In this document: one piece after another, positions 1-9,363 of the stretch
Layout of the letters: each line of letters starts with the position of its first letter
How positions within the stretch are numbered: position 1 is the stretch's first letter
Assembly (NCBI GenBank): GCA_022640795.1
Contig: JALCCK010000048.1
Coordinates: 1 to 21,927 of the forward strand
Direction: 5' to 3'
Length of the DNA stretch: 21,927 nucleotides
DNA from: Treponema sp.
GTDB taxonomy: Bacteria; Spirochaetota; Spirochaetia; Treponematales; Treponemataceae
Program-made: the position numbers and the translations under genes
The notes under the pieces: model-generated
Databases searched by the model: none
Told to the model about the DNA's origin: nothing
The model's input: only the letters and a program-made list of their open reading frames with translations

Positions 1-217
1 TTACCTTCTGCTGACTGTGACTTCCATGATTTATAGGCGTTGATAGGCCATGAACAACCGAAAGCACACAGCATTATTGATTCAAATAGTTCTACCATAA
101 TTTTAGCCTCCGACAGGTAGTATAGTTATGCAGTATGCTAGTATTTTTATCTGATAATGTATAATATATTATTTATATCGATTCGATAATATTAATGTTA
201 TATAACGGAACAGAGGT

Positions 218-1090
218 ATGGAATTACAGCAGTTCAGGTATTTTTTAACGGTAGCCCGGCTTGAGCATATGACACGTGCTGCCGAATCTCTTCATATTGC
301 TCAGCCGGCATTAAGCCAGTGTATACGACGGCTGGAAGAAGAACTGGGCGTCTCTTTATTCGACCGGATTGGCCGTACTATACGGTTGAATGAAAACGGG
401 AAACTGCTGCAGAAGCGGCTTATCCCGATTATGACGGCCGTTGATGCGATCGTAAAGGAATTTTCTTCTGACAGTTTTCATACGGTACGTCCGGTGCGGC
501 TGAATATTTCTTCCGGAACAATACTTATGACACAGGTTCTTATAGAATACCAGAAAACGCATCCGGAAATACCCTTTAAACTTTTGCAGAACGTCGGTCC
601 TGAAAGCTGCGATATTTCTATTTCTACTATTCCGCACACGGAAACGATCCATGCCGGTGATATCGTTCTTGATGAGGAAATCTTTATTGCAGTCCCGAAA
701 ACATCCGTTTTTGCAACCCGGGTTTCGTTGCGGCTTGACGAGCTGATTGGAGAACCGTTTATCGCTTTTTCAGGCTCAAAACCGCTTCGGACTGTTTGCG
801 ACCAGCTGTGCGATTCTGTCGGCATGATCCCCGACGTGGTTTTTGAAAGTGACAGTCCCCAGATGGTACGTACGCTTATTGAAGCCGGCATGGGTGTCGG
901 TTTCTGGCCTGCCTATTCGTGGGGAAAATTTGTCAGTGAAAAGGCTGTCCTGATACCGGTCGGCAGTCCGCTATGCCGCCGGCAGCTTGTTGTTCATCTC
1001 GGCAGAGATGCGGAAAATTCAAAACCGTGCCGGGAGTTTTATCGTTTTATCCTGGACTATCTGAATAAAATCCGGTACGACAACGGATAG
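218..1090 (+). CDS. LysR-family transcriptional regulator (N-terminal HTH, C-terminal substrate-binding domain)
   Basis: The N-terminus MELQQFRYFLTVARLEHMTRAAESLHIAQPALSQCIRRLEEELGVSLFDR is the canonical LysR HTH signature. Length is 290 aa. An AGAGG RBS lies 5 nt upstream of the ATG at 218. Confidence 0.9.
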   Translation: MELQQFRYFLTVARLEHMTRAAESLHIAQPALSQCIRRLEEELGVSLFDRIGRTIRLNENGKLLQKRLIPIMTAVDAIVKEFSSDSFHTVRPVRLNISSGTILMTQVLIEYQKTHPEIPFKLLQNVGPESCDISISTIPHTETIHAGDIVLDEEIFIAVPKTSVFATRVSLRLDELIGEPFIAFSGSKPLRTVCDQLCDSVGMIPDVVFESDSPQMVRTLIEAGMGVGFWPAYSWGKFVSEKAVLIPVGSPLCRRQLVVHLGRDAENSKPCREFYRFILDYLNKIRYDNG

Positions 1091-1151
1091 CAGCTTCTCC
1101 GCCTTTCTGCCGACAATTGACAGTTTTACTAAAAACCTATAGACCATTTTT

Positions 1152-2534
1152 ATGGACCCATCGAGTTTAAAAAAGAATTGCCGGACGGTACCTGGTTCCG
1201 TTACGGATATGACTGAAGGATCTCCCGGCAGGCATATCCTTTTTTTTGCTGTTCCGCTTGTTTTGGGAAATCTGTTCCAGCAGTTGTATTCTATGGTAGA
1301 TGCGGTTATCGTCGGCCGGTATCTTGGTCCGCCGGCACTTGCTGCAGTCGGAGCAACCGGCCCTCTGAATTTTTTTGTACTCGGCTTTGTGTTCGGTCTT
1401 ACATCGGGATATGCGGTCATCGTTTCGCAGGAATTCGGTTCCGGAAATATGGAACGGATGCGTCATTCCGTCGCCGAGAATATAAAATTGAACGCGATAT
1501 CTGCGTTAATTTTTACTGTGATTTCTCTTTCGACTGCCGGCAGGGTACTTTCACTGATGAATACTCCGGAACAGATTATCGGTAATTCGTCCGTATATAT
1601 AACGATCCTGTTTACCGGTATTACGCCGGTCATCGTGTATAACGGAGCGGCATGCATCATGAAAGCGCTGGGAGATGGAAAAACACCGCTCTATTTTCTG
1701 ATTCTTTCTTCCTTTATGAATATTGCGCTGGATATTTTCTTTATCAAAACAGCAGGTTGGGGGATTGCCGGCGCTGCGTGGGCGACGGTTATTTCGCAGG
1801 CGTTTTCGGGAATTGCGGCTGTTGTCTACATAGGAAGAAAATTTCCGCTGCTGCGTATGAAAAGAACTGATTTCCGGTTTGATCCGGCCTATGCGGTACG
1901 GCATATTGCTATCGGCCTTCCGATGGCGCTGCAGTTTTCGATTACTGCCGTCGGTGTTGTAGTGATGCAGGCTGCGCTCAACAGATTCGGCGAAATAATT
2001 ATTGCCGGCTTTTCCGCAGCACAGAAAATTGAAAATCTGCTCATGTCTGTTCCCGCATCCATCGGTCAGGCAATGGCGACCTATTCCGGCCAGAATATGG
2101 GAGCCGGAAACATAGACCGTATAAGAAAAGGAACGTATACAACGGTATATGCATCTATCGTTCTGGCTGCTCTTGCAACGGTATTTGCCTATCTGTGCAG
2201 CGAACCGATACTATGGCTTTTTCTTGACGGAAAAACAGTGGAAAACAATACCGTAGTGGCACGGGCTGTCGAATACATGAAATTTTCATCGATATTCTAT
2301 ATTCCGCTTTTTCTTATCTTTGTCTACCGGAATTCTCTGCAGGGCATGGGAAAAACCTTTATGCCGATGATGGGTGGTGTCATGGAACTTACGGCACGAG
2401 GTTTCGCTTCGCTCTTTTTCGTCATTCCGTTCGGATACTTCGGAGCGTATGCGGCAAATCCGCTTTCGTGGACTGCTGCGTGCCTGCTGTTGATGGTCTC
2501 CTTTTCTGTTATCATGCATCGGTATCCGAAATAG
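1152..2534 (+). CDS. MATE-family multidrug/oligosaccharidyl-lipid efflux transporter
   Basis: 460 aa, polytopic and hydrophobic. The N-terminal motif FFAVPLVLGNLFQQLYSMVDAVIVGRYLGPPALAAVG is typical of NorM/DinF MATE proteins. There is no clear RBS at 1152, so the true start may be the internal Met at 1209 (MTEGSPGRHILFF). Confidence 0.85.
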   Translation: MDPSSLKKNCRTVPGSVTDMTEGSPGRHILFFAVPLVLGNLFQQLYSMVDAVIVGRYLGPPALAAVGATGPLNFFVLGFVFGLTSGYAVIVSQEFGSGNMERMRHSVAENIKLNAISALIFTVISLSTAGRVLSLMNTPEQIIGNSSVYITILFTGITPVIVYNGAACIMKALGDGKTPLYFLILSSFMNIALDIFFIKTAGWGIAGAAWATVISQAFSGIAAVVYIGRKFPLLRMKRTDFRFDPAYAVRHIAIGLPMALQFSITAVGVVVMQAALNRFGEIIIAGFSAAQKIENLLMSVPASIGQAMATYSGQNMGAGNIDRIRKGTYTTVYASIVLAALATVFAYLCSEPILWLFLDGKTVENNTVVARAVEYMKFSSIFYIPLFLIFVYRNSLQGMGKTFMPMMGGVMELTARGFASLFFVIPFGYFGAYAANPLSWTAACLLLMVSFSVIMHRYPK

Positions 2535-2774
2535 AAAGATGTACGACGTTACGTACAGCCTCGTTTTTATTCATGCTGTATGACGGTATTCATTCTATCT
2601 GCCATTTGTGAAAATGTACAGGCATTTCAGAGACGGACAACTGAATACGAGGCAAAACGATGATTTATCTATCCTGATTTCTGATAATCCGCAGTCAAAA
2701 AATATTAAAAAATACTGTAGATATTAAAAAATACTTGCAAAATATTAATCTTAGCTGTAGAGTGTACAGTAATA

Positions 2775-3275
2775 ATGAATTATACCAACTATTTTTCAAT
2801 AGTTTTAAAACGTTTTGAACGTTATTACACGGTTACTCCGAATGTTTCGTATGGAGGTATTCTCTTTGATAGTGATGCAGTATTTTCTGTGCATGAAGAT
2901 CAAACGGTTCTTTTTAAAGAAAATGTGATGGACTATTCCAACAGTATCGAACATTGTCTGTTTAAATATGAGCCGGAACTTTCTGTTGACGGAGTACGGT
3001 CGATAGTTGAAAACTTTCCGGTATTCAGCAGAGAACTTACGAACCCTTCACGGTATCATAAATGTACCGTCATCAAGGTTATTCTGGTGACGGACGGCTT
3101 TACATCCCCGCAGGATGAACAGTTCTGTACCCGAATGACAAAAAAATTTTATTTTTCGAAAGTTCATGCATTTTATCTGCACGGATGGACGGAAGGATAT
3201 CTTTATATAGAAGATATCAGTCATAATAACGAATATAAAAACCGAAGGGCGGGAAAATCGTCTTACAGGATATAA
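2775..3275 (+). CDS. Hypothetical protein (166 aa) in a low-GC islet; no recognisable domain
   Basis: A single long ORF sits in an AT-rich segment (2535-3345) flanked by approximately 48% GC genes. An upstream -35/-10-like pair is present (ttgcaa 2737-2742 / tagagt about 17 nt later). No signal peptide or known motif was recognised. Confidence 0.4.
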   Translation: MNYTNYFSIVLKRFERYYTVTPNVSYGGILFDSDAVFSVHEDQTVLFKENVMDYSNSIEHCLFKYEPELSVDGVRSIVENFPVFSRELTNPSRYHKCTVIKVILVTDGFTSPQDEQFCTRMTKKFYFSKVHAFYLHGWTEGYLYIEDISHNNEYKNRRAGKSSYRI

Positions 3276-3345
3276 AAAACAGTATGCATTTTGAAGGCGG
3301 CGTGTGCAAAACTGCCCTATGTTGAGATAAAGAGGAGATATAAAA

Positions 3346-5025
3346 ATGAACTCGCTTGTTTTACTGATTGGAGGAATAATTATATTCCTTGTTGCTTTTT
3401 TTACGTATGGCTCCTGGCTGGCAAAGAAATGGAGATTAAACAACGATAATGTGACACCGGCTCATAGACTGGAAGACGGACAGGATTATGTTCCGTCCGA
3501 TAAAGCCGTCATATTCGGTCATCATTTTTCTTCAATTGCCGGTGCCGGTCCTATTACCGGTCCTATTCTTGCCGCAGGATTCGGATGGCTTCCTGCCTAT
3601 TTGTGGATAGTTCTCGGTAGTATTTTTATGGGCGGCGTACATGATTTCGGTTCTCTGGTTGCTTCGCTCAGAAATGACGGAAAGAGTATCGGTGAAATCA
3701 TAAAAAAGAATATTTCACCCAAGACCAAAGTTATTTTCAACTGGTACGCATGGCTTACGCTTGCGCTCGTCGTTGCGGCGTTTACGGATATTTGTGCAAA
3801 AACATTTGCCTATAATCCTGCCGGCGGGTCGCTGGTCGGTGCTCAGGCAGGTACTGCTTCTGTTCTGTTTATTATACTTGCTTTCGTATTTGGATTCTTC
3901 CGCAATCGACTGAAAGCCGGTCTCGGCATTTCAACGCTGCTGGGTGTTATTTTCCTGTGCGGTGCGATTGCCCTCGGATATTTCTTTCCGGTAATAAAAC
4001 TGAGTGTAAACGGATGGCGAGTTGCACTGATTATATATATTGTTTTAGCCTCTGTTCTTCCGGTGTGGCTGTTGCTGCAGCCGCGGGATTATCTCTGTTC
4101 ATTTCTTTTGTACGGAATGCTTGCAGGTGCTGTTCTCGGGATTTTTATCAAACATCCGGCTATTACACTTGCTCCGGTGACATCGTTCACGGTGAAAGGT
4201 CAGACGCTGTTTCCGTATGTATTTATTACAATTGCCTGCGGGGCGATTTCAGGATTTCATTCACTTGTCAGTTCCGGTACAACGTCGAAACAGCTTAACA
4301 AAGAACGTCCTGATGCAAAAATTATCGGTTATGGTTCAATGCTTCTCGAGGGGTTCATGGCTATTGTAGCACTTATCGCTGTCGGCTATATAGCGACGGG
4401 TACGGGATCCGGATTGAAAGGCACACCGGTAGAAATTTTTGCAAACGGCGTATCATGGTTTATGACAGGTTTCGGATTAAATCCCCGGCTTGGTAAAGTC
4501 TTTATCACGCTTGCTTTTTCAGCATTTGCGTTGACCAGTCTCGATACGGCGACTCGTATCGGACGGTATACGATGCAGGAACTCGGTGCGGGAACAGCGA
4601 ACGAAGACGGTTCACAGAAAACGGGAATACTTGCTGCAGTCGGCCGTTTTTGTGCAAACCGCTATGTAGCGACACTGCTCACGGTCGGCCTTGGCGTCGT
4701 AATGCTGGTTGCAGGATATGCAAAGATATGGCCGATTTTCGGTTCGGCAAACCAGCTGCTTGCTGCGCTTGCCCTGCTTGCAATAACTGCCTGGAATTTG
4801 AAAGAAGGCAGACGTTCATGGGAAACCATTATACCGCTTGTTTTCATGTTTGCGGTTACGCTGACCGCTCTTTTCCTTATTATCAGGAAAAATCTTTCCG
4901 GTGCGGAAGGGGCATACGTACCGCTTGCAATAATCGGTATATTCCTTGCAGTTCTTGCAGTTGCACAATTAATAGAAGCGATTGTCGTATTCGGGAAAGA
5001 GAAAAAGAACGCGGTAACGCAGTAA
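3346..5025 (+). CDS. cstA: Carbon starvation protein A family transporter (CstA; peptide/pyruvate transporter)
   Basis: 559 aa polytopic membrane protein. The motifs HHFSSIAGAGPITGPILAAGFGWLPAYLWIVLGSIFMGGVHDF and GSANQLLAALAL are hallmark CstA sequences. A strong RBS aaagaggagatataaaaATG is present. Confidence 0.9.
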   Translation: MNSLVLLIGGIIIFLVAFFTYGSWLAKKWRLNNDNVTPAHRLEDGQDYVPSDKAVIFGHHFSSIAGAGPITGPILAAGFGWLPAYLWIVLGSIFMGGVHDFGSLVASLRNDGKSIGEIIKKNISPKTKVIFNWYAWLTLALVVAAFTDICAKTFAYNPAGGSLVGAQAGTASVLFIILAFVFGFFRNRLKAGLGISTLLGVIFLCGAIALGYFFPVIKLSVNGWRVALIIYIVLASVLPVWLLLQPRDYLCSFLLYGMLAGAVLGIFIKHPAITLAPVTSFTVKGQTLFPYVFITIACGAISGFHSLVSSGTTSKQLNKERPDAKIIGYGSMLLEGFMAIVALIAVGYIATGTGSGLKGTPVEIFANGVSWFMTGFGLNPRLGKVFITLAFSAFALTSLDTATRIGRYTMQELGAGTANEDGSQKTGILAAVGRFCANRYVATLLTVGLGVVMLVAGYAKIWPIFGSANQLLAALALLAITAWNLKEGRRSWETIIPLVFMFAVTLTALFLIIRKNLSGAEGAYVPLAIIGIFLAVLAVAQLIEAIVVFGKEKKNAVTQ

Positions 5026-5371
5026 TGGTACTGTAATATAATCACAAAATTTTTTGCTCCCTGTTTTCATCCCACGGTTTATTTTTCATTATAGGCCGCG
5101 GGATGTTTTAAATGTCCGGAAATCGGGATTATTCTTTTTCAAAACCAGTCTGTTTTTTTAAAAAAAACAGTCGTAGAATTTTCATATACTGTTCCTTCTC
5201 TATCCGGTATATGGCCTTGCTTTTTGAAGTAGCCGGATGTATAGTAAAATAATTATATTGAAATAGTCAGGCACTTTCAAAATCGGATGAGGTTTGAAAG
5301 AAAAATTTTTATATAGTCAGTGAGTAACTGCCTGAAAACTGCTCCTGATTTTATTATACGAGGAGGTATAT

Positions 5372-5749
5372 ATGCCGTCTTTTGCGGACCCCTTTGCAGG
5401 GAATGTAAACCGAAAAATGACAAAGGAAGAACTGATTCAGGCTGTTCGTCTGGATATCGCCGGAGAACTGGAAGCTATCTATCTGTATGATTCACATGTA
5501 CAGGCAACCGACAACGAAGCTGCGAAAGCCGTTATTTCCGATATCCGCGACGAAGAAAAGGCGCATGTCGGAGAATTGATGACGCTTCTGCGGACTCTTG
5601 ATCCGAAAGAGGCTGATTTCTTTCTTTCCGGAGAGGGAGAAGTAAAGGAACTTCTCGAAAAACTTGATACGAAACCGGAGACACCCGGCGCGGAACCGGA
5701 AAATTTGTTGAATGGCAATTCTCCGACCGTCGGCAGTCTGCGCGATTAA
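5372..5749 (+). CDS. Encapsulated ferritin-like protein (EncFtn/Flp cargo) with C-terminal cargo-loading peptide
   Basis: 125 aa. The ferritin-like core contains AGELEAIYLYDSH...DIRDEEKAHVGEL, matching the EncFtn Glu/Glu/ExxH metal-site pattern. A long E/K/P-rich linker follows, then the C-terminal TVGSLRD, which matches the family-1 encapsulin targeting-peptide consensus (S/T-x-GSL-K/R). It lies directly upstream of the shell gene, with a strong RBS gaggaggtatatATG. Confidence 0.8.
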   Translation: MPSFADPFAGNVNRKMTKEELIQAVRLDIAGELEAIYLYDSHVQATDNEAAKAVISDIRDEEKAHVGELMTLLRTLDPKEADFFLSGEGEVKELLEKLDTKPETPGAEPENLLNGNSPTVGSLRD

Positions 5750-5787
5750 CCATATATCGATTAGCTATTTTTATAGAGAGGTGTGTT

Positions 5788-6603
5788 ATGAGCTATTTAT
5801 CAAGAGAAAATGTAGATTTGCCCGACGGGGTATGGACGAAAATAGATGCTGCTGTCGTGGAAACTGCACGGCGGCTGCTTACCGGCCGGCGTTTTCTTCC
5901 TGTTTACGGACCACTTGGAATAGGTACTGAAAGTATACCGGTAGATACAGCCGGGGCGCCGGAAGAAATTTCAAAGGATGGCCTCACGGTGACCAAAGGA
6001 AGAGTTTTTAGGGAGATTCCTCTTATTTACAACGACTTTCAGCTTCTGTCACGGGATTTGGAATATTCTGTAAAAACAGGGCAGCCCGCGTCTTTCACTT
6101 CCGTTATGTCTGCTGCCGAACTTTGTGCAATAAATGAAGATAAAATGATCTATTTCGGTAGTACAGCTTTGGGGTACGAAGGATTACTGACAGCGAAGGG
6201 TTCGCAGAAAATTTCAAGAAAAGACTGGAAGACCGGTGAGAATGCTTTTTCAGATGTGGCTTCCGGTATAGAACTTCTGGCTGAAAAAAATTTATACGGT
6301 CCGTATGCACTGATTCTAAGTCCTGATCTTGCTGTGGAATTAGAGCGGCTGCAACCGTCGACCGGACTTTTAGAGATAGACCGTGTGGGTAAACTGGTAA
6401 ACAAACACATATATGTTGCTCCGGTGCTTGGAAAGAAAAAAGCACTGCTGGTTTCCGCTGATGCCGGCAGCATGGATCTTGTTATCGGCCAGGATATGAT
6501 AACGGCCTATCTGGAACAGAAAGATTTGAATCATTATTTCAGAATTCTTGAAACGATTTTGCTTCGGATAAAGCGGAAAGAAGCGATTGTTGTTTTTGAA
6601 TAG
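5788..6603 (+). CDS. Family 1 encapsulin nanocompartment shell protein (HK97 fold; linocin M18-like)
   Basis: 271 aa. The N-terminus YLSRENVDLPDGVWTKIDAAVVETARRLLTGRRFLPVYGPLGIG aligns closely with the T. maritima encapsulin N-terminus ([42 protein letters not shown]). The C-terminal segments GPYALILSPDL and LVIGQDM...ILETILLRIK also fit. RBS is agagagg. Confidence 0.9.
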   Translation: MSYLSRENVDLPDGVWTKIDAAVVETARRLLTGRRFLPVYGPLGIGTESIPVDTAGAPEEISKDGLTVTKGRVFREIPLIYNDFQLLSRDLEYSVKTGQPASFTSVMSAAELCAINEDKMIYFGSTALGYEGLLTAKGSQKISRKDWKTGENAFSDVASGIELLAEKNLYGPYALILSPDLAVELERLQPSTGLLEIDRVGKLVNKHIYVAPVLGKKKALLVSADAGSMDLVIGQDMITAYLEQKDLNHYFRILETILLRIKRKEAIVVFE

Positions 6604-6667
6604 AGTGAGGCACTTTTAAAAGTCAGACGAGTTTTGGAAGTGCAAATTTACGGTAGATTTTGTAAAG

Positions 6668-6700
6668 CCAATTGCGAAAGTTAACAGACTTTTGCAATTG
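6668..6700. promoter_or_regulatory. Dyad-symmetric element (gCCAATTGCGAAAG-N8-CTTTTGCAATTGac) upstream of rubrerythrin; candidate operator or RNA hairpin
   Basis: The arms 6668-6680 and 6689-6700 are reverse complements at 12/14 positions, and each arm contains a CAATTG palindrome. The element lies about 55 nt upstream of the rubrerythrin start. Confidence 0.3.
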
Positions 6701-6754
6701 ACTCAGAATATTATTTTACTTAGTTATTATTTTTTTTCCTTGTGGAGGTTAAAA

Positions 6755-7309
6755 ATGGCTGTTAAGAATGCAATGACTGACAGTTTTCTCCATTCTGCTT
6801 ACAGTGGAGAAAGTATGGCCCATATGCGATATCTGATTTGGGGTGATATTGCTGAAAAGGAAGGTTTTCCCAATATAGCCCGCCTGTTTAAAGCTATCGC
6901 TTTTGCCGAAAGCATACATGCCGGTAATCATTTCAGAGAAATCGACGGCGCTACCGCTGATGCGCTGGTCCCTGCGAACGGTGTTTTCGGAGTCGGAAAA
7001 ACGGCAGAGAATCTTCAGGGTGCTATTGACGGAGAACTTTTCGAGGTTCATCAGATGTATCCTGTTTATTTGAATACTGCAGAATTCCAGCATGAAGCAG
7101 GGGCAAAGCGGTCTTTTCATGCTGCTCTTGAAGTTGAAAAGATACATGCGGATCTTTTCGGTCGAGCTCTGGCTGCAGTGAAGGACGGACATGATATGGA
7201 ACTGCAGTCGATTTATATTTGTCCTGTCTGCGGACACACAGTACTGGATGTCCCTCCTGAAAAATGTCCGATTTGCGGAACTGAACGCGAAAAATATATA
7301 AAATTCTGA
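6755..7309 (+). CDS. rbr: Rubrerythrin (ferritin-like diiron domain plus C-terminal rubredoxin-like CxxC...CxxC domain)
   Basis: The protein contains ...YSGESMAHMRYLIWGDIAEKEGF...AESIHAGNHF...GELFEVHQMYP...ALEVEKIHADLF... and the C-terminal CPVCGH...CPICG motif. The start was chosen at the MAVKNAMTD Met at 6755 because a GGAGG RBS lies 6 nt upstream. The track ORF's extra 21 hydrophobic codons from 6692 have no RBS. Confidence 0.9.
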   Translation: MAVKNAMTDSFLHSAYSGESMAHMRYLIWGDIAEKEGFPNIARLFKAIAFAESIHAGNHFREIDGATADALVPANGVFGVGKTAENLQGAIDGELFEVHQMYPVYLNTAEFQHEAGAKRSFHAALEVEKIHADLFGRALAAVKDGHDMELQSIYICPVCGHTVLDVPPEKCPICGTEREKYIKF

Positions 7310-7359
7310 TCTGAATACTTTTTCTTTGCAGCGGGTATTTTAAAATTACCGTCGCAGAA

Positions 7360-7399
7360 GCCTTCCCTGAGCATGCAGATGTCATGGGGAGGCTTTTTT
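7360..7399 (+). terminator. Putative intrinsic terminator after rubrerythrin
   Basis: An approximately 8-bp stem GCCTTCCC / GGGGAGGC (with one G-U pair) flanks an 18-nt loop and is followed by TTTTTT (7394-7399). It begins 50 nt after the rbr stop codon. Confidence 0.4.
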
Positions 7400-7613
7400 A
7401 TCACTGCACATTGAGAGTGACTGTTACTATGTACAAAAATGTCGTTTCCGGTTAAAACCACCCACAAATATGTAGTAATTTTTTTATAGAACGTGATTCA
7501 TCATTCTTCCCTATTTTTTTATCAGTCGCCGGCAGAGACTTTTTTTGCTTGTTTTTGCGGCAATAACAGATATTTTCTCCTTAATTTAATCAGACTGTTT
7601 CTCTTTTTTCTGA

Positions 7614-8546
<933 letters not shown>

Positions 8547-8578
8547 CAGACGGAGACTGCCGATATAAGGAGATACAA

Positions 8579-8962
8579 ATGCTGATTATGATTAAGGCAA
8601 TTATACGCCCCGAAAAAACAGATGCGGTTATGGCCAAACTGATGGCCGACGGATTTCCGGCTGTAACGAAAATGAATGTGGCCGGCCGTGGAAAGCAGCG
8701 TGGAATAAAGATCGGTGAAGTAACGTACGACGAAGTTCCGAAGACGATGCTCATGTTTGTTATTCATGAAGACGACAGGGATATCGTTCTGAACGATATT
8801 ATGGATACGGCGCGTACAAACGGAAAAGGTGCTTTTGGAGACGGAAAGATATTTATTTCGCCGGTTGATGAAATGTATACGGTAAGTTCCGGAGTAAAAG
8901 AGACCGGAGACGAGAAGCCGGTCGGGCCTGCCGCCGAGCTGCCCGCCGGAAGCGGGGCATAG
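8579..8962 (+). CDS. nifI1: PII-like nitrogenase regulatory protein NifI1
   Basis: 127 aa GlnB/PII fold: MIKAIIRPEK...VAGRGKQRG...GDGKIFISPVDEMYTVSSG. The nifH-proximal position is typical of group III (anaerobe) nif clusters. RBS is aaggag. Confidence 0.9.
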   Translation: MLIMIKAIIRPEKTDAVMAKLMADGFPAVTKMNVAGRGKQRGIKIGEVTYDEVPKTMLMFVIHEDDRDIVLNDIMDTARTNGKGAFGDGKIFISPVDEMYTVSSGVKETGDEKPVGPAAELPAGSGA

Positions 8963-8966
8963 TGTT

Positions 8967-9341
8967 ATGAAAGAGGTTATGGCCATTATCCGTATCGGAA
9001 AAGTGAATCAGACAAAGCGCGCACTTATAGATGCCGGCATAAGTTCCATGAACGCAAAAGAGTGTTTCGGTCGGGGAAAAGGATATATAGAAATCCGGCT
9101 GCTGGGACTTGAACAGCAGGAATATGAAGAGCACATGGATGATCCCGACAGCGGCAGCCATCTTATTCCAAAGCGGTTGATAAGCATTGTCGTCCCCGAT
9201 TCTCTCGTTTCCGTGGTAGTCGGGGCAATAGTGTCCGTAAACAAGACCGGTAAAAGCGGCGACGGGAAGATTTTTGTTATGCCGGTGATGGATTCCTACC
9301 GGATACGTTCCGGCGATCACGGTGATGAAACGCTGGATTAA
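8967..9341 (+). CDS. nifI2: PII-like nitrogenase regulatory protein NifI2
   Basis: 124 aa second PII paralog (MAIIRIGKV...GRGKGY...GDGKIFVMPVMDSYRIRSG) with an extended T-loop insertion characteristic of NifI2. Confidence 0.9.
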   Translation: MKEVMAIIRIGKVNQTKRALIDAGISSMNAKECFGRGKGYIEIRLLGLEQQEYEEHMDDPDSGSHLIPKRLISIVVPDSLVSVVVGAIVSVNKTGKSGDGKIFVMPVMDSYRIRSGDHGDETLD

Positions 9342-9363
9342 TTTTATGAAGGAGTTTGAGTAA

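Noticed and set aside
5149-5172. AT-only palindrome CTGTTTTTTT/AAAAAAACAG after cstA
   Set aside because: It could be a weak bidirectional terminator, but it is pure A/T homopolymer symmetry with negligible stem stability. Low information.
6692-6754. N-terminal 21-codon hydrophobic extension of rubrerythrin in the ORF track (and similar upstream extensions for nifH at 7689, modA at 19506, nifV at 19993)
   Set aside because: The internal Met codons have proper Shine-Dalgarno sequences and give canonical N-termini. The extensions lack an RBS and overlap regulatory dyads or upstream genes.
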